Below are positions 35,452-44,263 of a stretch of 48,865 nt of DNA, piece after piece. This DNA is from Rickettsiales bacterium (GTDB lineage: Bacteria; Pseudomonadota; Alphaproteobacteria; Rickettsiales; SXRF01): the NCBI GenBank assembly GCA_005792635.1, contig SXRF01000091.1, positions 1-48,865 on the forward strand, given 5' to 3'. Position 1 is the stretch's first letter. Each line of letters starts with the position of its first letter. The translations under genes were made by a program, and so were the position numbers. The notes under the pieces were generated by a model. The model did not search any database. It saw only the letters and a program-made list of their open reading frames with translations, and was not told where the DNA came from.

Positions 35452-36096
35452 ATGAAAACAATTCTAAGTCGCGAACAAAAAATAGATTTTATCCAACAAC
35501 GCATGAAAGAGCTTGGGCTTAATCAGCGTAGCGTTGCGCTGTCAGCTGGTCTTCACGAAGATGCGTTACGCAATTTTTTTCGTGGCAAAAGCAAAAATCT
35601 ACGCTCTGATATTTACGAAAAGCTTATGGATGTTTTGCAGCCAAATGAGGAAGTTGTTTTACATTCTCATAAAGGAGAAGAAGAAACCACTCGTATCCCT
35701 GTTTATGACATAAGGGCATCAGCAGGCGGTGGAGTGGTAATTCAAGAAGAAAATATCCTTTATCACACGACATTTAGTTTGGATTTTTTACGGCGGGTGA
35801 GCAGTTCTCCACTGGAAATGCTGTCAGTGATTACTGTGGATGGTGATAGTATGCAGCCCACATTATCACCAGAAGATACTGTGTTGATTGACCGCTCGCA
35901 AATCACTCCCAAAAAAGATGGCATTTATGTTTTGCGTTATGATAATTCTTTGTTGGTAAAGCGTTTAAGCTATGACCCGCAACGGCGCATAGTGACAATT
36001 ATCAGTGATAATGACCGCTACCCACCGCGTGATATTAGCGATCTAGATTGCTTACAAATAATTGGCAGAGTTTTATGGTTAGGGCGCAGGGTATAG
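35452..36096 (+). CDS. CI-like repressor (HTH + S24 autopeptidase)
   Basis: HTH, ASAGGG cleavage site, GDSMQP, LVKRL. Confidence 0.95.
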   Translation: MKTILSREQKIDFIQQRMKELGLNQRSVALSAGLHEDALRNFFRGKSKNLRSDIYEKLMDVLQPNEEVVLHSHKGEEETTRIPVYDIRASAGGGVVIQEENILYHTTFSLDFLRRVSSSPLEMLSVITVDGDSMQPTLSPEDTVLIDRSQITPKKDGIYVLRYDNSLLVKRLSYDPQRRIVTIISDNDRYPPRDISDLDCLQIIGRVLWLGRRV

Positions 36097-36121
36097 GAAA
36101 CCTAAATAATCGAGGTGAATA

Positions 36122-36967
36122 ATGTCAGAAAATGAAAAATTGATTGTGTTTAACCAAAAATCAATCCGTCGCATTTTGCATAAAAATAAATGGTGGTTTT
36201 CAGTAATTGATGTTGTCGGAGCTTTAACGGATAGTATTGATGCTGGGGCGTATTGGCGCAAGCTAAAACAGCGTCTAAACGAGGAAGAAAGTGAGGTCGT
36301 GACATTTTGTCACGGACTGAAACTAGAAGCATCGGATGGGAAAAAATATGTTACCGATTGCGCCAATACCGAGTCACTTTTTCGCATAATTCAATCAATC
36401 CCTTCTCCCAAAGCTGAGCCTTTTAAGCAATGGTTAGCAAAAGTTGGGTATGAGAGAATCCAAGAAATAGAAGACCCAGAACTAGCAAGTAAGAGAGCAA
36501 AGGCTTTATATAAAGCCAAAGGTTATAGTGAGGATTGGATAGAAAAACGGATGCGGAGCATCGCCATTCGTGAAGAACTTACCGATGAGTGGAAAAATAG
36601 AGGTGTAAAGGAGAGCAAGGAGTTTTCTATACTCACCGCCGAAATTTCCAAAGCAGCGTTTGGAATGCCTCCTTCTGAGTATAAAAAGCATAAAAACCTA
36701 AAGCGAGAAAATCTGCGTGATCATATGAATGATTTAGAGCTAATTTTTTCAATGCTTGGTGAAGCCTCAACCACCGAAATCACTCGCAACAAAGATGCAA
36801 AAGGTTTTCGTGAAAATTATCAAGCTGCACAAGAAGGTGGCAGCATTGCAGGTAATGCCCGCAAGGAGCTTGAAACTAAAAGCGGTCGCCCTGTAATCAG
36901 CAAACAAAATTATTTGCCAAAAACTAAAGGCAAAAGATTGGTAAAAAAACGAGAGGAATTAAAATAG
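36122..36967 (+). CDS. Bro-N domain protein
   Basis: WWFSVIDVV, YWRKLKQRL, RIIQSIPSPKAEPFKQWLA, NLRDHM. Confidence 0.85.
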   Translation: MSENEKLIVFNQKSIRRILHKNKWWFSVIDVVGALTDSIDAGAYWRKLKQRLNEEESEVVTFCHGLKLEASDGKKYVTDCANTESLFRIIQSIPSPKAEPFKQWLAKVGYERIQEIEDPELASKRAKALYKAKGYSEDWIEKRMRSIAIREELTDEWKNRGVKESKEFSILTAEISKAAFGMPPSEYKKHKNLKRENLRDHMNDLELIFSMLGEASTTEITRNKDAKGFRENYQAAQEGGSIAGNARKELETKSGRPVISKQNYLPKTKGKRLVKKREELK

Positions 36968-36980
36968 GAGGTATATATTT

Positions 36981-37583
36981 ATGAAGAAGATTTTATTAAT
37001 ATCCACCCTAACATTGTTAATAGCTTGTAATTCCAATAAGTCCCCTGAACTGAAAAGCCATATTATACCTACTAGGTCATGTAAAATAGTTGATGGATAT
37101 TCAGTTTCAGAAAACTTAGGAAAAAATGCGGTTATAGCTAATAGTCAGAGTAAGGATTGCAACAATATTTCTGCCATTACAGAAGATTGGTTAGTGAATT
37201 GTGAAAATGATATGATAACAGACAAACGCAAATGCAGGATGTCAAGGTTTGACAAAAAATATGGAACAGAACTCGTTCAAGCATTAATTATTCTAAATTC
37301 AGAAAAGGGCAATGTATTATGTATTGGCGAGGAGCATTTCCCCAATAAATCATCTCAAATAAGAATAGATAATAACACTCCATTTACAACTTCAGATAAA
37401 GATGGGTGTTTTTCTTATAAGCCAAGTAAAAATATAATTAATCAATTACTTAGTGGGCAGGAAATAAAAATCCGCTTTTATCAATGGCCATATGATGGGT
37501 ACAAAGATATTAAATTTTTAACATCTGGATTCTCACAGTCATTAAAAACAATGAATGATTTAAGTAAAAGCAATAACTTATAA
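36981..37583 (+). CDS. Lipoprotein in the immunity operon (superinfection-exclusion candidate)
   Basis: MKKILLISTLTLLIAC lipoprotein signal; AT-rich; AGGAGG RBS. Confidence 0.7.
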   Translation: MKKILLISTLTLLIACNSNKSPELKSHIIPTRSCKIVDGYSVSENLGKNAVIANSQSKDCNNISAITEDWLVNCENDMITDKRKCRMSRFDKKYGTELVQALIILNSEKGNVLCIGEEHFPNKSSQIRIDNNTPFTTSDKDGCFSYKPSKNIINQLLSGQEIKIRFYQWPYDGYKDIKFLTSGFSQSLKTMNDLSKSNNL

Positions 37584-37587
37584 AATA

Positions 37588-37642
37588 ATAGGTAATTATA
37601 CCGAATTTTGCTATTGACATACGGTAAAATTACCGTAACAAT
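37588..37642 (+). promoter_or_regulatory. OL operators and PL-like promoter
   Basis: ATAGGTAATTATACCGAA 37588; palindrome TACGGTAAAATTACCGTA 37620 between TTGACA and AACAAT. Confidence 0.8.
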
Positions 37643-37672
37643 AGCCTCCATAACGCACTTATGGAGGTTTTT

Positions 37673-37837
37673 ATGTCTGAGAATAATCAAAAGCAAAAAC
37701 TGGATAGCATCCCTCTGGATGTTTCCTCTGCCAATCGCTTCGCGGCGGATTTCGCCCGTATTTTTCAGCCGCGCCCAATAACCAGCCCTGCGGTGTTGCT
37801 GCTCACTCATAAACTGGGGGCGGGCGATGCAAAATAG
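37673..37837 (+). CDS. First PL-operon ORF, 54 aa
   Basis: Read manually (MSENNQKQKL...); GGAGG RBS. Confidence 0.55.
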   Translation: MSENNQKQKLDSIPLDVSSANRFAADFARIFQPRPITSPAVLLLTHKLGAGDAK

Positions 37838-37991
37838 ATTAATCACCACGCGCGGCGAATTCATCGGTGAAATAGCCGCCTGCATAAGCATGATGATATT
37901 TTTATTTGTGCTATTGATTTTCGGCAACGCCATCATTCCCAGCCAGACATCAATGCACAGCGAAGCAAGCTATCGGGAGGCAAAGCAGTGA
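37827..37991 (+). CDS. Small membrane peptide, 54 aa
   Basis: Read manually (MQNRLITTRGEFIGEIAACISMMIFLFVLLIFG...). Confidence 0.5.
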   Translation: MQNRLITTRGEFIGEIAACISMMIFLFVLLIFGNAIIPSQTSMHSEASYREAKQ

Positions 37992-38278
37992 TTTATCAAG
38001 AAACTTTTATGCACTTGCCTATATCGGCTCGCTTTCGCGCCATCCGCACCGCGCTGCAAGAACGCCGCTCGCCAGAAATGCCCCAGCTATTGGAGCATCT
38101 GCGGCTTATTGAGGAAGAAAATAGCAATTTGCGCCATCAAAATGAAAAGGCGGGGGAGGCGGCGTTTGCCGCGCTGGCGGAAATACTCCACCAAGACGCG
38201 GTGATTAAAGGACAAAAACGACTGCTTGACGGAATTGTGGCGGGCGACATCGTCAGGAAGGAAAGCGCAGCATGCTGA
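37988..38278 (+). CDS. Hypothetical coiled-coil protein
   Basis: 96 aa, GTGA-coupled. Confidence 0.6.
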   Translation: MIYQETFMHLPISARFRAIRTALQERRSPEMPQLLEHLRLIEEENSNLRHQNEKAGEAAFAALAEILHQDAVIKGQKRLLDGIVAGDIVRKESAAC

Positions 38279-38482
38279 CTAAAATCAGAAACCATAAGTT
38301 CTTTCTATTGGCATATCTAGCAGTGTGGATTTGGTGCTGCGTGGGTATTTTGTGGATAATTTCGCAATGAAACCCTCTGCCATAGTCGGAGCGGTGGCGG
38401 GTTGGTCGTGTCTAGTGGCAATCGTAGCGTTGCCAGTTATGGGGTTTGTCGCAACTGTTAAAACAAATGAAAGGAAGAAAAG

Positions 38483-38857
38483 ATGACTGCTATTTTATCA
38501 CAAGAGCTAGCTATGAAAATTTTTAATGCCCACTCAGAAATACTCAGGGCAAATAAATTACTTGATGAGATAAACATTTATCTTAGCAAAAGCGAAGATA
38601 ACGAACCTACAGAAGTTTTACGAGATGCTTTTGGTCGCCAGCAACACAAATTAGAACTTGGCATACCCTCTGGTCATAGCTCGCGCTCAATAATTAGTCT
38701 TAGTCCACAATTGGGCAAATACATAATTGAAGCACATTTATCTGATATGGAAAAAGAGTTAAAAGAGCTTTCATTAGCCGCCGCCCTAAGTTTAGGGCGG
38801 AACTCGTTGAAAGATGACCATTTTGGCAATTACACTTATGGAATTCGCAACTGTTAA
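38483..38857 (+). CDS. Hypothetical phage protein
   Basis: 124 aa; flanked by a 15-bp direct repeat. Confidence 0.7.
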   Translation: MTAILSQELAMKIFNAHSEILRANKLLDEINIYLSKSEDNEPTEVLRDAFGRQQHKLELGIPSGHSSRSIISLSPQLGKYIIEAHLSDMEKELKELSLAAALSLGRNSLKDDHFGNYTYGIRNC

Positions 38858-38871
38858 AAGGAGCAAAGAAC

Positions 38872-39036
38872 ATGGAGCTAACGGACGAAATGCAGAATAA
38901 AATCGTGATTGCCAGTGTGATTATTATCGTTTTCACCGTGCTGTTTTGCTGGATGCAGGGCGATAAACCAGCCGATATATACCCAAATGGCAGCTACACG
39001 CCACGGGATGAGTTATTAACATTAAGCGAGAGGTAG
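38872..39036 (+). CDS. Small membrane peptide, 54 aa
   Basis: Read manually (MELTDEMQNKIVIASVIIIVFTVLFCWMQG...); AAGGAG RBS. Confidence 0.55.
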   Translation: MELTDEMQNKIVIASVIIIVFTVLFCWMQGDKPADIYPNGSYTPRDELLTLSER

Positions 39037-39039
39037 GTT

Positions 39040-39648
39040 ATGAAAGCGCGTCCGATATTATTTTCTACGCCAATGGTTCTCGCCCTGCTGGAAGGACGGA
39101 AAACACAGACGCGGAGGATTATTAAACCGCAGCCAATTGTTAAGGAAAACAACTGGCAATTTTATCCAAAATCACCATTTTCAAGGGCTGGTGTTAACAT
39201 ACCACTTAACATTTCTGATATGTCCCCTTACGGAAAAGTTGGCGATTTGCTATGGGTAAGAGAAACTGCATCTTTCTGGATAAAAGATGGAAAACCAGAA
39301 AAGATTATGAACTATCGCGCGGATTATATCCCTAACATTGAAGAAATCAATGCTCCTAGATGGGAGAAACAAGAATGGCGACCCTCCATCCACATGCCGC
39401 GCTGGGCTTCGCGCCTGACGCTTGAAATCACCGCTGTGCGCGTGGAAAGATTGTTGGATATTACCCAACGAGATGCAGTTGCGGAAGGGATAAAGCCGCT
39501 ACAGGGGAATGCAATAAGAGGATTTTGCGATTTATGGAAATCTATTAATGGCGAAAGTTCATGGGCTACAAACCCTTGGGTTTGGGTGATTGAATTTAAG
39601 GTTCACCATGAAAATGTGGATTCGCTAACAACATTAAGCGAGAGGTAG
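39040..39648 (+). CDS. ASCH/PUA-like phage protein
   Basis: PILFSTPMVLALLEGRKTQTRR, GDLLWVRET, WRPSIHMPRWASR, NPWVWVIEF. Confidence 0.85.
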   Translation: MKARPILFSTPMVLALLEGRKTQTRRIIKPQPIVKENNWQFYPKSPFSRAGVNIPLNISDMSPYGKVGDLLWVRETASFWIKDGKPEKIMNYRADYIPNIEEINAPRWEKQEWRPSIHMPRWASRLTLEITAVRVERLLDITQRDAVAEGIKPLQGNAIRGFCDLWKSINGESSWATNPWVWVIEFKVHHENVDSLTTLSER

Positions 39649-39651
39649 GTT

Positions 39652-39825
39652 ATGCCTCACTTGATTGAATGCCAATCATGCAAAGGTAAAGGGCATATAT
39701 TTAACCCATTATGGCTACTTTGTGTTGTCGCAATTCCTAGCGCGATATTCGGTAGGAATAATAGAAATAATCATACGCGCGTGGAATGTGAACAATGCGA
39801 TGGAAGGGGGTATATTAGGTTATGA
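39652..39825 (+). CDS. Small DnaJ-type zinc-finger protein, 57 aa
   Basis: Read manually: CQSCKGKG ... CEQCDGRG around a hydrophobic segment. Confidence 0.6.
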   Translation: MPHLIECQSCKGKGHIFNPLWLLCVVAIPSAIFGRNNRNNHTRVECEQCDGRGYIRL

Positions 39826-40121
39826 CAAATGAAAATTTTACTGTTTTGGATGATTTTCCAAAATTCGAACAGAAAAATCAGTACCAGTGGGCAACTCATA
39901 AATTGGAGGAGAGCGATGATGAAGGTTATAATTATTTTCTAGGGCTTTATGCTTACCCAAATGACGATGCGTGGCGCGTAGCTGGTTGTGATGCTATTAA
40001 TAAATACGGAGAAAATAAAGGGTTTGAACCATATTTGCTTTGCCAAGCACAAGCGGAAAAAACAGCAATGCGTATATGCCTTAATCACATGAATAAAAAA
40101 TTAATGGAGAGCGTTATATGA
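39822..40121 (+). CDS. Hypothetical phage protein
   Basis: 99 aa, coupled on both sides. Confidence 0.65.
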   Translation: MTNENFTVLDDFPKFEQKNQYQWATHKLEESDDEGYNYFLGLYAYPNDDAWRVAGCDAINKYGENKGFEPYLLCQAQAEKTAMRICLNHMNKKLMESVI

Positions 40122-40330
40122 GCTGCTATTCAATAGGTTTTATGCGCGAGAACGGGGATTTCCAGATACTCGCCACGCTGAATAATGAGGATGATATTTT
40201 CTGCCACGCTTTTTTCAAAGATGTCGCCGAACGCCTAAAACAAGATTTCAAGGAGACACTTGAAAAAGATGTGCAAATTTTGGAACGCCAAGACGCGTCG
40301 TATCGTGTGGACTTGGGGGAGGCTGTATAA
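40118..40330 (+). CDS. Hypothetical protein, paralogue A
   Basis: Ungapped similarity to 40479-40706. Confidence 0.7.
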   Translation: MSCYSIGFMRENGDFQILATLNNEDDIFCHAFFKDVAERLKQDFKETLEKDVQILERQDASYRVDLGEAV

Positions 40331-40482
40331 TGGATTGGGTGCAGATTTACTGTGTGGTTTTAGCTACGCTAGAGGTAAAGAGAATACTTAAGAAGATAAC
40401 AACTGTTCGTTATTTTTTCGCTGCAATAATTTTTATTGTTTTAGATGCAATCCCATTCCTTCGCGTGTGGGGGCTGATATGA
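40330..40482 (+). CDS. Small membrane peptide, 50 aa
   Basis: Read manually (MDWVQIYCVVLATL...FFAAIIFIVLDAIPFLRVWGLI); GGAGG RBS, TAATG and ATGA overlaps. Confidence 0.55.
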   Translation: MDWVQIYCVVLATLEVKRILKKITTVRYFFAAIIFIVLDAIPFLRVWGLI

Positions 40483-40706
40483 CCAGCTACACAATAGGTT
40501 TTCGGCGCAAGAATGGCGATTTTGCTATTCTCTCCACCTTCAATAATCACGATGGGCTGATACCAAATTACCTTCTTGAGAAACTGAAAAATGACACTGT
40601 TTATCACTTAAAACAACATGGGTTATGCAATGTTGAAGCCATTGAACGCCAAGACGCGCCATATTATGTGAATTTGGAGGAGGGAAGCGATGTTCCTAAC
40701 CAATAA
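40479..40706 (+). CDS. Hypothetical protein, paralogue B
   Basis: Ungapped similarity to 40118-40330. Confidence 0.7.
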   Translation: MTSYTIGFRRKNGDFAILSTFNNHDGLIPNYLLEKLKNDTVYHLKQHGLCNVEAIERQDAPYYVNLEEGSDVPNQ

Positions 40707-40905
40707 AGAATTGATTGAATTGACAAGAAGGCATCGTAAAGACGCTCAAAAGCTCGTGCTGCGTTACATGGGCATTGAACATAAAGTGCGCCCTGATGGC
40801 AGCCTTGCTGTTTTGAAAGAGCATGTGACTCAACAGTTTGGCGCAAATGCGAAAGTGGCAAATATGCCTATGCCACGACTAGAACCTAACTGGGCTGCAA
40901 TATAG
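40690..40905 (+). CDS. Excisionase-like protein (DUF4224-like)
   Basis: FLTNKELIELT...Q...L...GI...RPDG; directly upstream of integrase. Confidence 0.8.
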   Translation: MFLTNKELIELTRRHRKDAQKLVLRYMGIEHKVRPDGSLAVLKEHVTQQFGANAKVANMPMPRLEPNWAAI

Positions 40906-40915
40906 GAAAAAGACA

Positions 40916-41968
40916 ATGCCAAAACCCCGCAATAGTGAAAATAAAGGGCTGCCAGTTCGCTGGAAAAAGGCACATGGAGCATATTATTACAATGTTCCTG
41001 TTGGACTTGAGGCGTTATGGGATGGCAAAAAACTTTTTCGCCTTGGGAAAACCCTGCCAGAAGCCTATAAAGAATGGGCAAAGCGGTTAGAAAATTTGGA
41101 TAAAGCCAATACTATTGCACAGTTGCTTGACCGCTATTCATTGGAGGTGATACCCACGAAAGCTATTGCAACTCAAAGCGGAAACGTCCGTGAGATTAAA
41201 AATTTACGAGCGGTTTTTGGACACATGGCACTTACTGCAATTCAGCCACAGGATATTTATAAATATGCCGATAAGCGTGGGGCAAAAAATAGAGGCAGAA
41301 AAGAAATAGCCCTGTTGAGCCACGCATTTACCAAAGCCGTGGAATGGGGATATATCAATCGCCACCCCTTCAAAGGTGAAGTCCGTCTGCAAATTGGAAA
41401 ACCGCGCACCCGCTATATTGAGGATTGGGAATTAAACGAAGCACTATTACTTTCCGCCCCAAAAGAAAAGGGTGGGGTGGCAATGGTGCAAGCATATATC
41501 CAACTCAAACTGATGCTGGGATTGCGTCAGGGAGATATGTTAAGGCTGAAAGAGGCTGATATTCAGGAAGATGGGATTCATGTTACGCCAAATAAAACCA
41601 AAAACAGCACGGGAAAATCTATAATTTACGAATGGAGCGATGATTTACGCCTCGCTGTTGAAAAAGTCAGATCCACCCGCCCACCAGATATTTCAAAATG
41701 GTTATTCTGCGACCGCTTTGGCAAATGCTACATCAACGAAGAAACAGGCAAGGCTGAGGGGTGGTCTTCTATATGGCAAAGATTTATGGAAAGGGTGCTT
41801 GCTGAAACCAAGGTTAAAGATCGTTTTACTGAGCATGATTTACGAGCAAAAGTCGCCAGTGATGCAGTGGATGTTGAGCGGGCGAGGGAATTATTATCAC
41901 ACTCAGACAGTAAAATTACTGAGCGAGTTTATCGCCGAAAAGCAATCATAATTAAGCCGTCAAAATAA
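40916..41968 (+). CDS. int: Prophage tyrosine integrase
   Basis: GLRQGD, NKT, HDLRAK, LSH, RVYRR; adjacent to att/tRNA. Confidence 0.95.
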   Translation: MPKPRNSENKGLPVRWKKAHGAYYYNVPVGLEALWDGKKLFRLGKTLPEAYKEWAKRLENLDKANTIAQLLDRYSLEVIPTKAIATQSGNVREIKNLRAVFGHMALTAIQPQDIYKYADKRGAKNRGRKEIALLSHAFTKAVEWGYINRHPFKGEVRLQIGKPRTRYIEDWELNEALLLSAPKEKGGVAMVQAYIQLKLMLGLRQGDMLRLKEADIQEDGIHVTPNKTKNSTGKSIIYEWSDDLRLAVEKVRSTRPPDISKWLFCDRFGKCYINEETGKAEGWSSIWQRFMERVLAETKVKDRFTEHDLRAKVASDAVDVERARELLSHSDSKITERVYRRKAIIIKPSK

Positions 41969-42037
41969 AATTCTATAGTACACTGCCCTATTATTGGTAC
42001 ATAGATAAAAATAGAACCCTCTAAAACTGTTAAAATA

Positions 42038-42112
42038 TGGTGGCTCGAGGGGGATTTGAACCCCCGACCAAGGGATTATGATTCCCCTGCTCTACCACTG
42101 AGCTACCGAGCC
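42038..42112 (-). tRNA. tRNA-Met(CAT), probably elongator; contains prophage att
   Basis: GGCTCGGTAGCTCAGTGGTAGAGCAGGGGAATCATAATCCCTTGGTCGGGGGTTCAAATCCCCCTCGAGCCACCA folds as a cloverleaf; G1-C72 pair excludes fMet; Ile2 not fully excluded. Confidence 0.93.
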
Positions 42113-42212
42113 ACGAAAAACAGTAATTCAAAAGGTAGGAAGTAGGGATTATGGGCTGGCGAGTAAAAAAGCAAGTAAAAAATATCAAATTCGCTTTGTT
42201 TTTGGATAAAAT

Positions 42213-42806
42213 CTAAGCGGCAAGCCAATCTTTCACTCGCTTCTTAGCTTTTTCAAACTGCATAACATTAGCGATGCGGTTGTCCAGAAAACGCCAAGTG
42301 TTTTCCTGCCCTGCGCTGGTATCATTAAGCCACACTAGCAATGTTGAAGAATAAACCCCTGCCAGCGTTAAGCGTTTGGTGTAAAAATTAAAATCGGTGG
42401 ATTTATCGCCAATTGCATACCAAATATTATCCACGGTTTCGTATAAAGCGCGTAGTCCGCGATGGGCATATAATGGGTTGGAATGCATGGCGACAGTTTT
42501 GCGAACGGCTTCGCGGTGTGGCGTTTGCAGCTCAAGGCGCAGGCGCACGGCGGCGGCTATTCGTTCGCGTATTTTCATATTTTCCAGATGGTAGTGTGAT
42601 AACGCTTCTAGCATTTGCGCGTCAACCATGCTGCTATGAGCGTCCACCGCGTCAATCGCACCAGCAGGAAACACGCGCACAACGACGGTTTTTTTATAGC
42701 CCGCTTCCTCGGCGGCTTTGCCAAGTGTTTGCGTATTCCAGCCTTCAAACGGCACAAGCGGCAAGGCTTTTTCTATAATCTCGGTAGTGGCTTTTTGTTT
42801 GTCCAT
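42213..42806 (-). CDS. COQ9 family (rpsU-divergently transcribed) protein
   Basis: LVPFEGW, KIRERI, IWYAIGDKSTDFNFYTKRLTL. Confidence 0.9.
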   Translation of the reverse strand: MDKQKATTEIIEKALPLVPFEGWNTQTLGKAAEEAGYKKTVVVRVFPAGAIDAVDAHSSMVDAQMLEALSHYHLENMKIRERIAAAVRLRLELQTPHREAVRKTVAMHSNPLYAHRGLRALYETVDNIWYAIGDKSTDFNFYTKRLTLAGVYSSTLLVWLNDTSAGQENTWRFLDNRIANVMQFEKAKKRVKDWLAA

Positions 42807-42829
42807 TTTTGCCCCAATCTTCAATCTAT

Positions 42830-43426
42830 CTATATCTTAAAGCGTTCCGCAAGCCGCAGGTGAATATCCGCAACGATTGGGCGGTGGTCTTCGCGTCCGA
42901 CTTGCGCAAATTCATCACTGCTCATCCATTGGCGTTGTGCGGTGGTTTTATCGATTTTATCGTCTGGCAAAAAATCACTTTTATCAATTACTTCCGCCGC
43001 GAACATCCATAATTGTTTAAGCTTGCCAGTGGATGCGGAGGAGAAATGATATGAGCCAAGGTCAAACAGGCTAATTATATTAATAAAATTAAGCCCCAAT
43101 TCCTCGCGTCCCTCACGCAGGGCGGTTTCCACCAATAATTCGCGTTGATATTCGGCTGGTTCGCCGTCTTTCATGTCGCGCCATCCGATACCCTCGAAAT
43201 AATGCATCCGCGTACCTTTGCAGATTTGGAATTCTGGGGCGGCGAGTTCGGCGCGGGCGGCGGCTGGCTTCATAACAAAATACTCAAGCCCTGCGCGTTT
43301 TATAAAAGGTAGAATTCCGATTTTTAATATCTTATCAGGCGGCTGGCGCAGAGCAACGCTATCAACCAGAGAAACAACTGTTTGCTGTTGCAGAAAATCC
43401 TGAATCGTGGCACGGTCATCCATCAT
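42830..43426 (-). CDS. NUDIX hydrolase
   Basis: TALREGREELGL Nudix box. Confidence 0.75.
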   Translation of the reverse strand: MMDDRATIQDFLQQQTVVSLVDSVALRQPPDKILKIGILPFIKRAGLEYFVMKPAAARAELAAPEFQICKGTRMHYFEGIGWRDMKDGEPAEYQRELLVETALREGREELGLNFINIISLFDLGSYHFSSASTGKLKQLWMFAAEVIDKSDFLPDDKIDKTTAQRQWMSSDEFAQVGREDHRPIVADIHLRLAERFKI

Positions 43427-43465
43427 AGAAACTTTTTTGAAACAATTTTATTGGGAGCTATAATT

Positions 43466-44263
43466 TTGCAAGCAAATATTTACAATGATTTTGCGAGTTT
43501 AGCAAACCAATTAGCAGATGCAAGCGGCGAAGTTTTGCGTTCATGGTTTCGAAAGCCTGTTGGTGTGGAAAGCAAGGCGGACACAAGCCCAGTGACCGAG
43601 GCGGACAGGGCGGTGGAAAGCGTTATTCGGGCGCGTATTGAGGCGGTTTTCCCAGCGCACGGAATTATTGGCGAGGAATTTGGCAATCTGCGCGGCGAAA
43701 GCGAATATCAATGGGTGATTGACCCGATTGATGGGACTCGCGCTTTTATGTCGGGTTTCCCAACCTTTACCACGCTTATTTCCTTGCTGCATAATGGCGT
43801 TCCAGTTGTTGGCGTTATTGACCAGCCAATTTTGCGCGAAAGATGGCTCGGCGTTGCTGGAAATGCCACGGCTTGCAATGTAAATAGCGTGCGAAAAATC
43901 GTCAAAACTCGCGCAGAAAACCTCTCCGCGCAAACGCTGATTGGCACAACTTCCGCACCTTATTATTTTAGCGTGGATGAGGCGATGGCGTTTGAAAGAG
44001 TGCGGAAAATTTGCTCGCATACGAATATTGGCGGCGATGCTTATGGTTATGCCATGCTCGCCAGCGGTCAGTTTGATTTATTCGTGGATGTTTGCCTGAA
44101 ACCTTATGATTTTTGCGCTCTTGTGCCTGTTATTGAAGGGGCAGGGGGCATCATCACCGATTGGGCGGGAAATCCACTAACCCTAGCCTCCGACGGCAAG
44201 GTAATCGCCAGCGCGAACAGGAAAACACACGACAAAGCTTTGGAGGCTTTGGCGGGAAGATGA
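43466..44263 (+). CDS. hisN: Inositol monophosphatase family, histidinol-phosphatase-like
   Basis: PVTEAD, GEE, WVIDPIDGT, YDFCAL...EGAGG; start taken at TTG 43466. Confidence 0.8.
   Translation: MQANIYNDFASLANQLADASGEVLRSWFRKPVGVESKADTSPVTEADRAVESVIRARIEAVFPAHGIIGEEFGNLRGESEYQWVIDPIDGTRAFMSGFPTFTTLISLLHNGVPVVGVIDQPILRERWLGVAGNATACNVNSVRKIVKTRAENLSAQTLIGTTSAPYYFSVDEAMAFERVRKICSHTNIGGDAYGYAMLASGQFDLFVDVCLKPYDFCALVPVIEGAGGIITDWAGNPLTLASDGKVIASANRKTHDKALEALAGR

Larger units (their letters stand above)
4414..42082. mobile_element. Temperate siphoviral prophage, HK97-type head and lambda-type tail, ~37.6 kb, apparently intact
   Basis: Flanking att repeats, integrase and excisionase at the tRNA end, cI/cro, initiator, terminases, portal, protease, capsid, tail and lysis genes, with no obvious disruptions. 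Confidence 0.95.

Noticed and set aside
37481-37936. 151-aa minus-strand ORF
   Set aside because: Crosses OL/PL and coupled plus-strand ORFs that have good RBSs.
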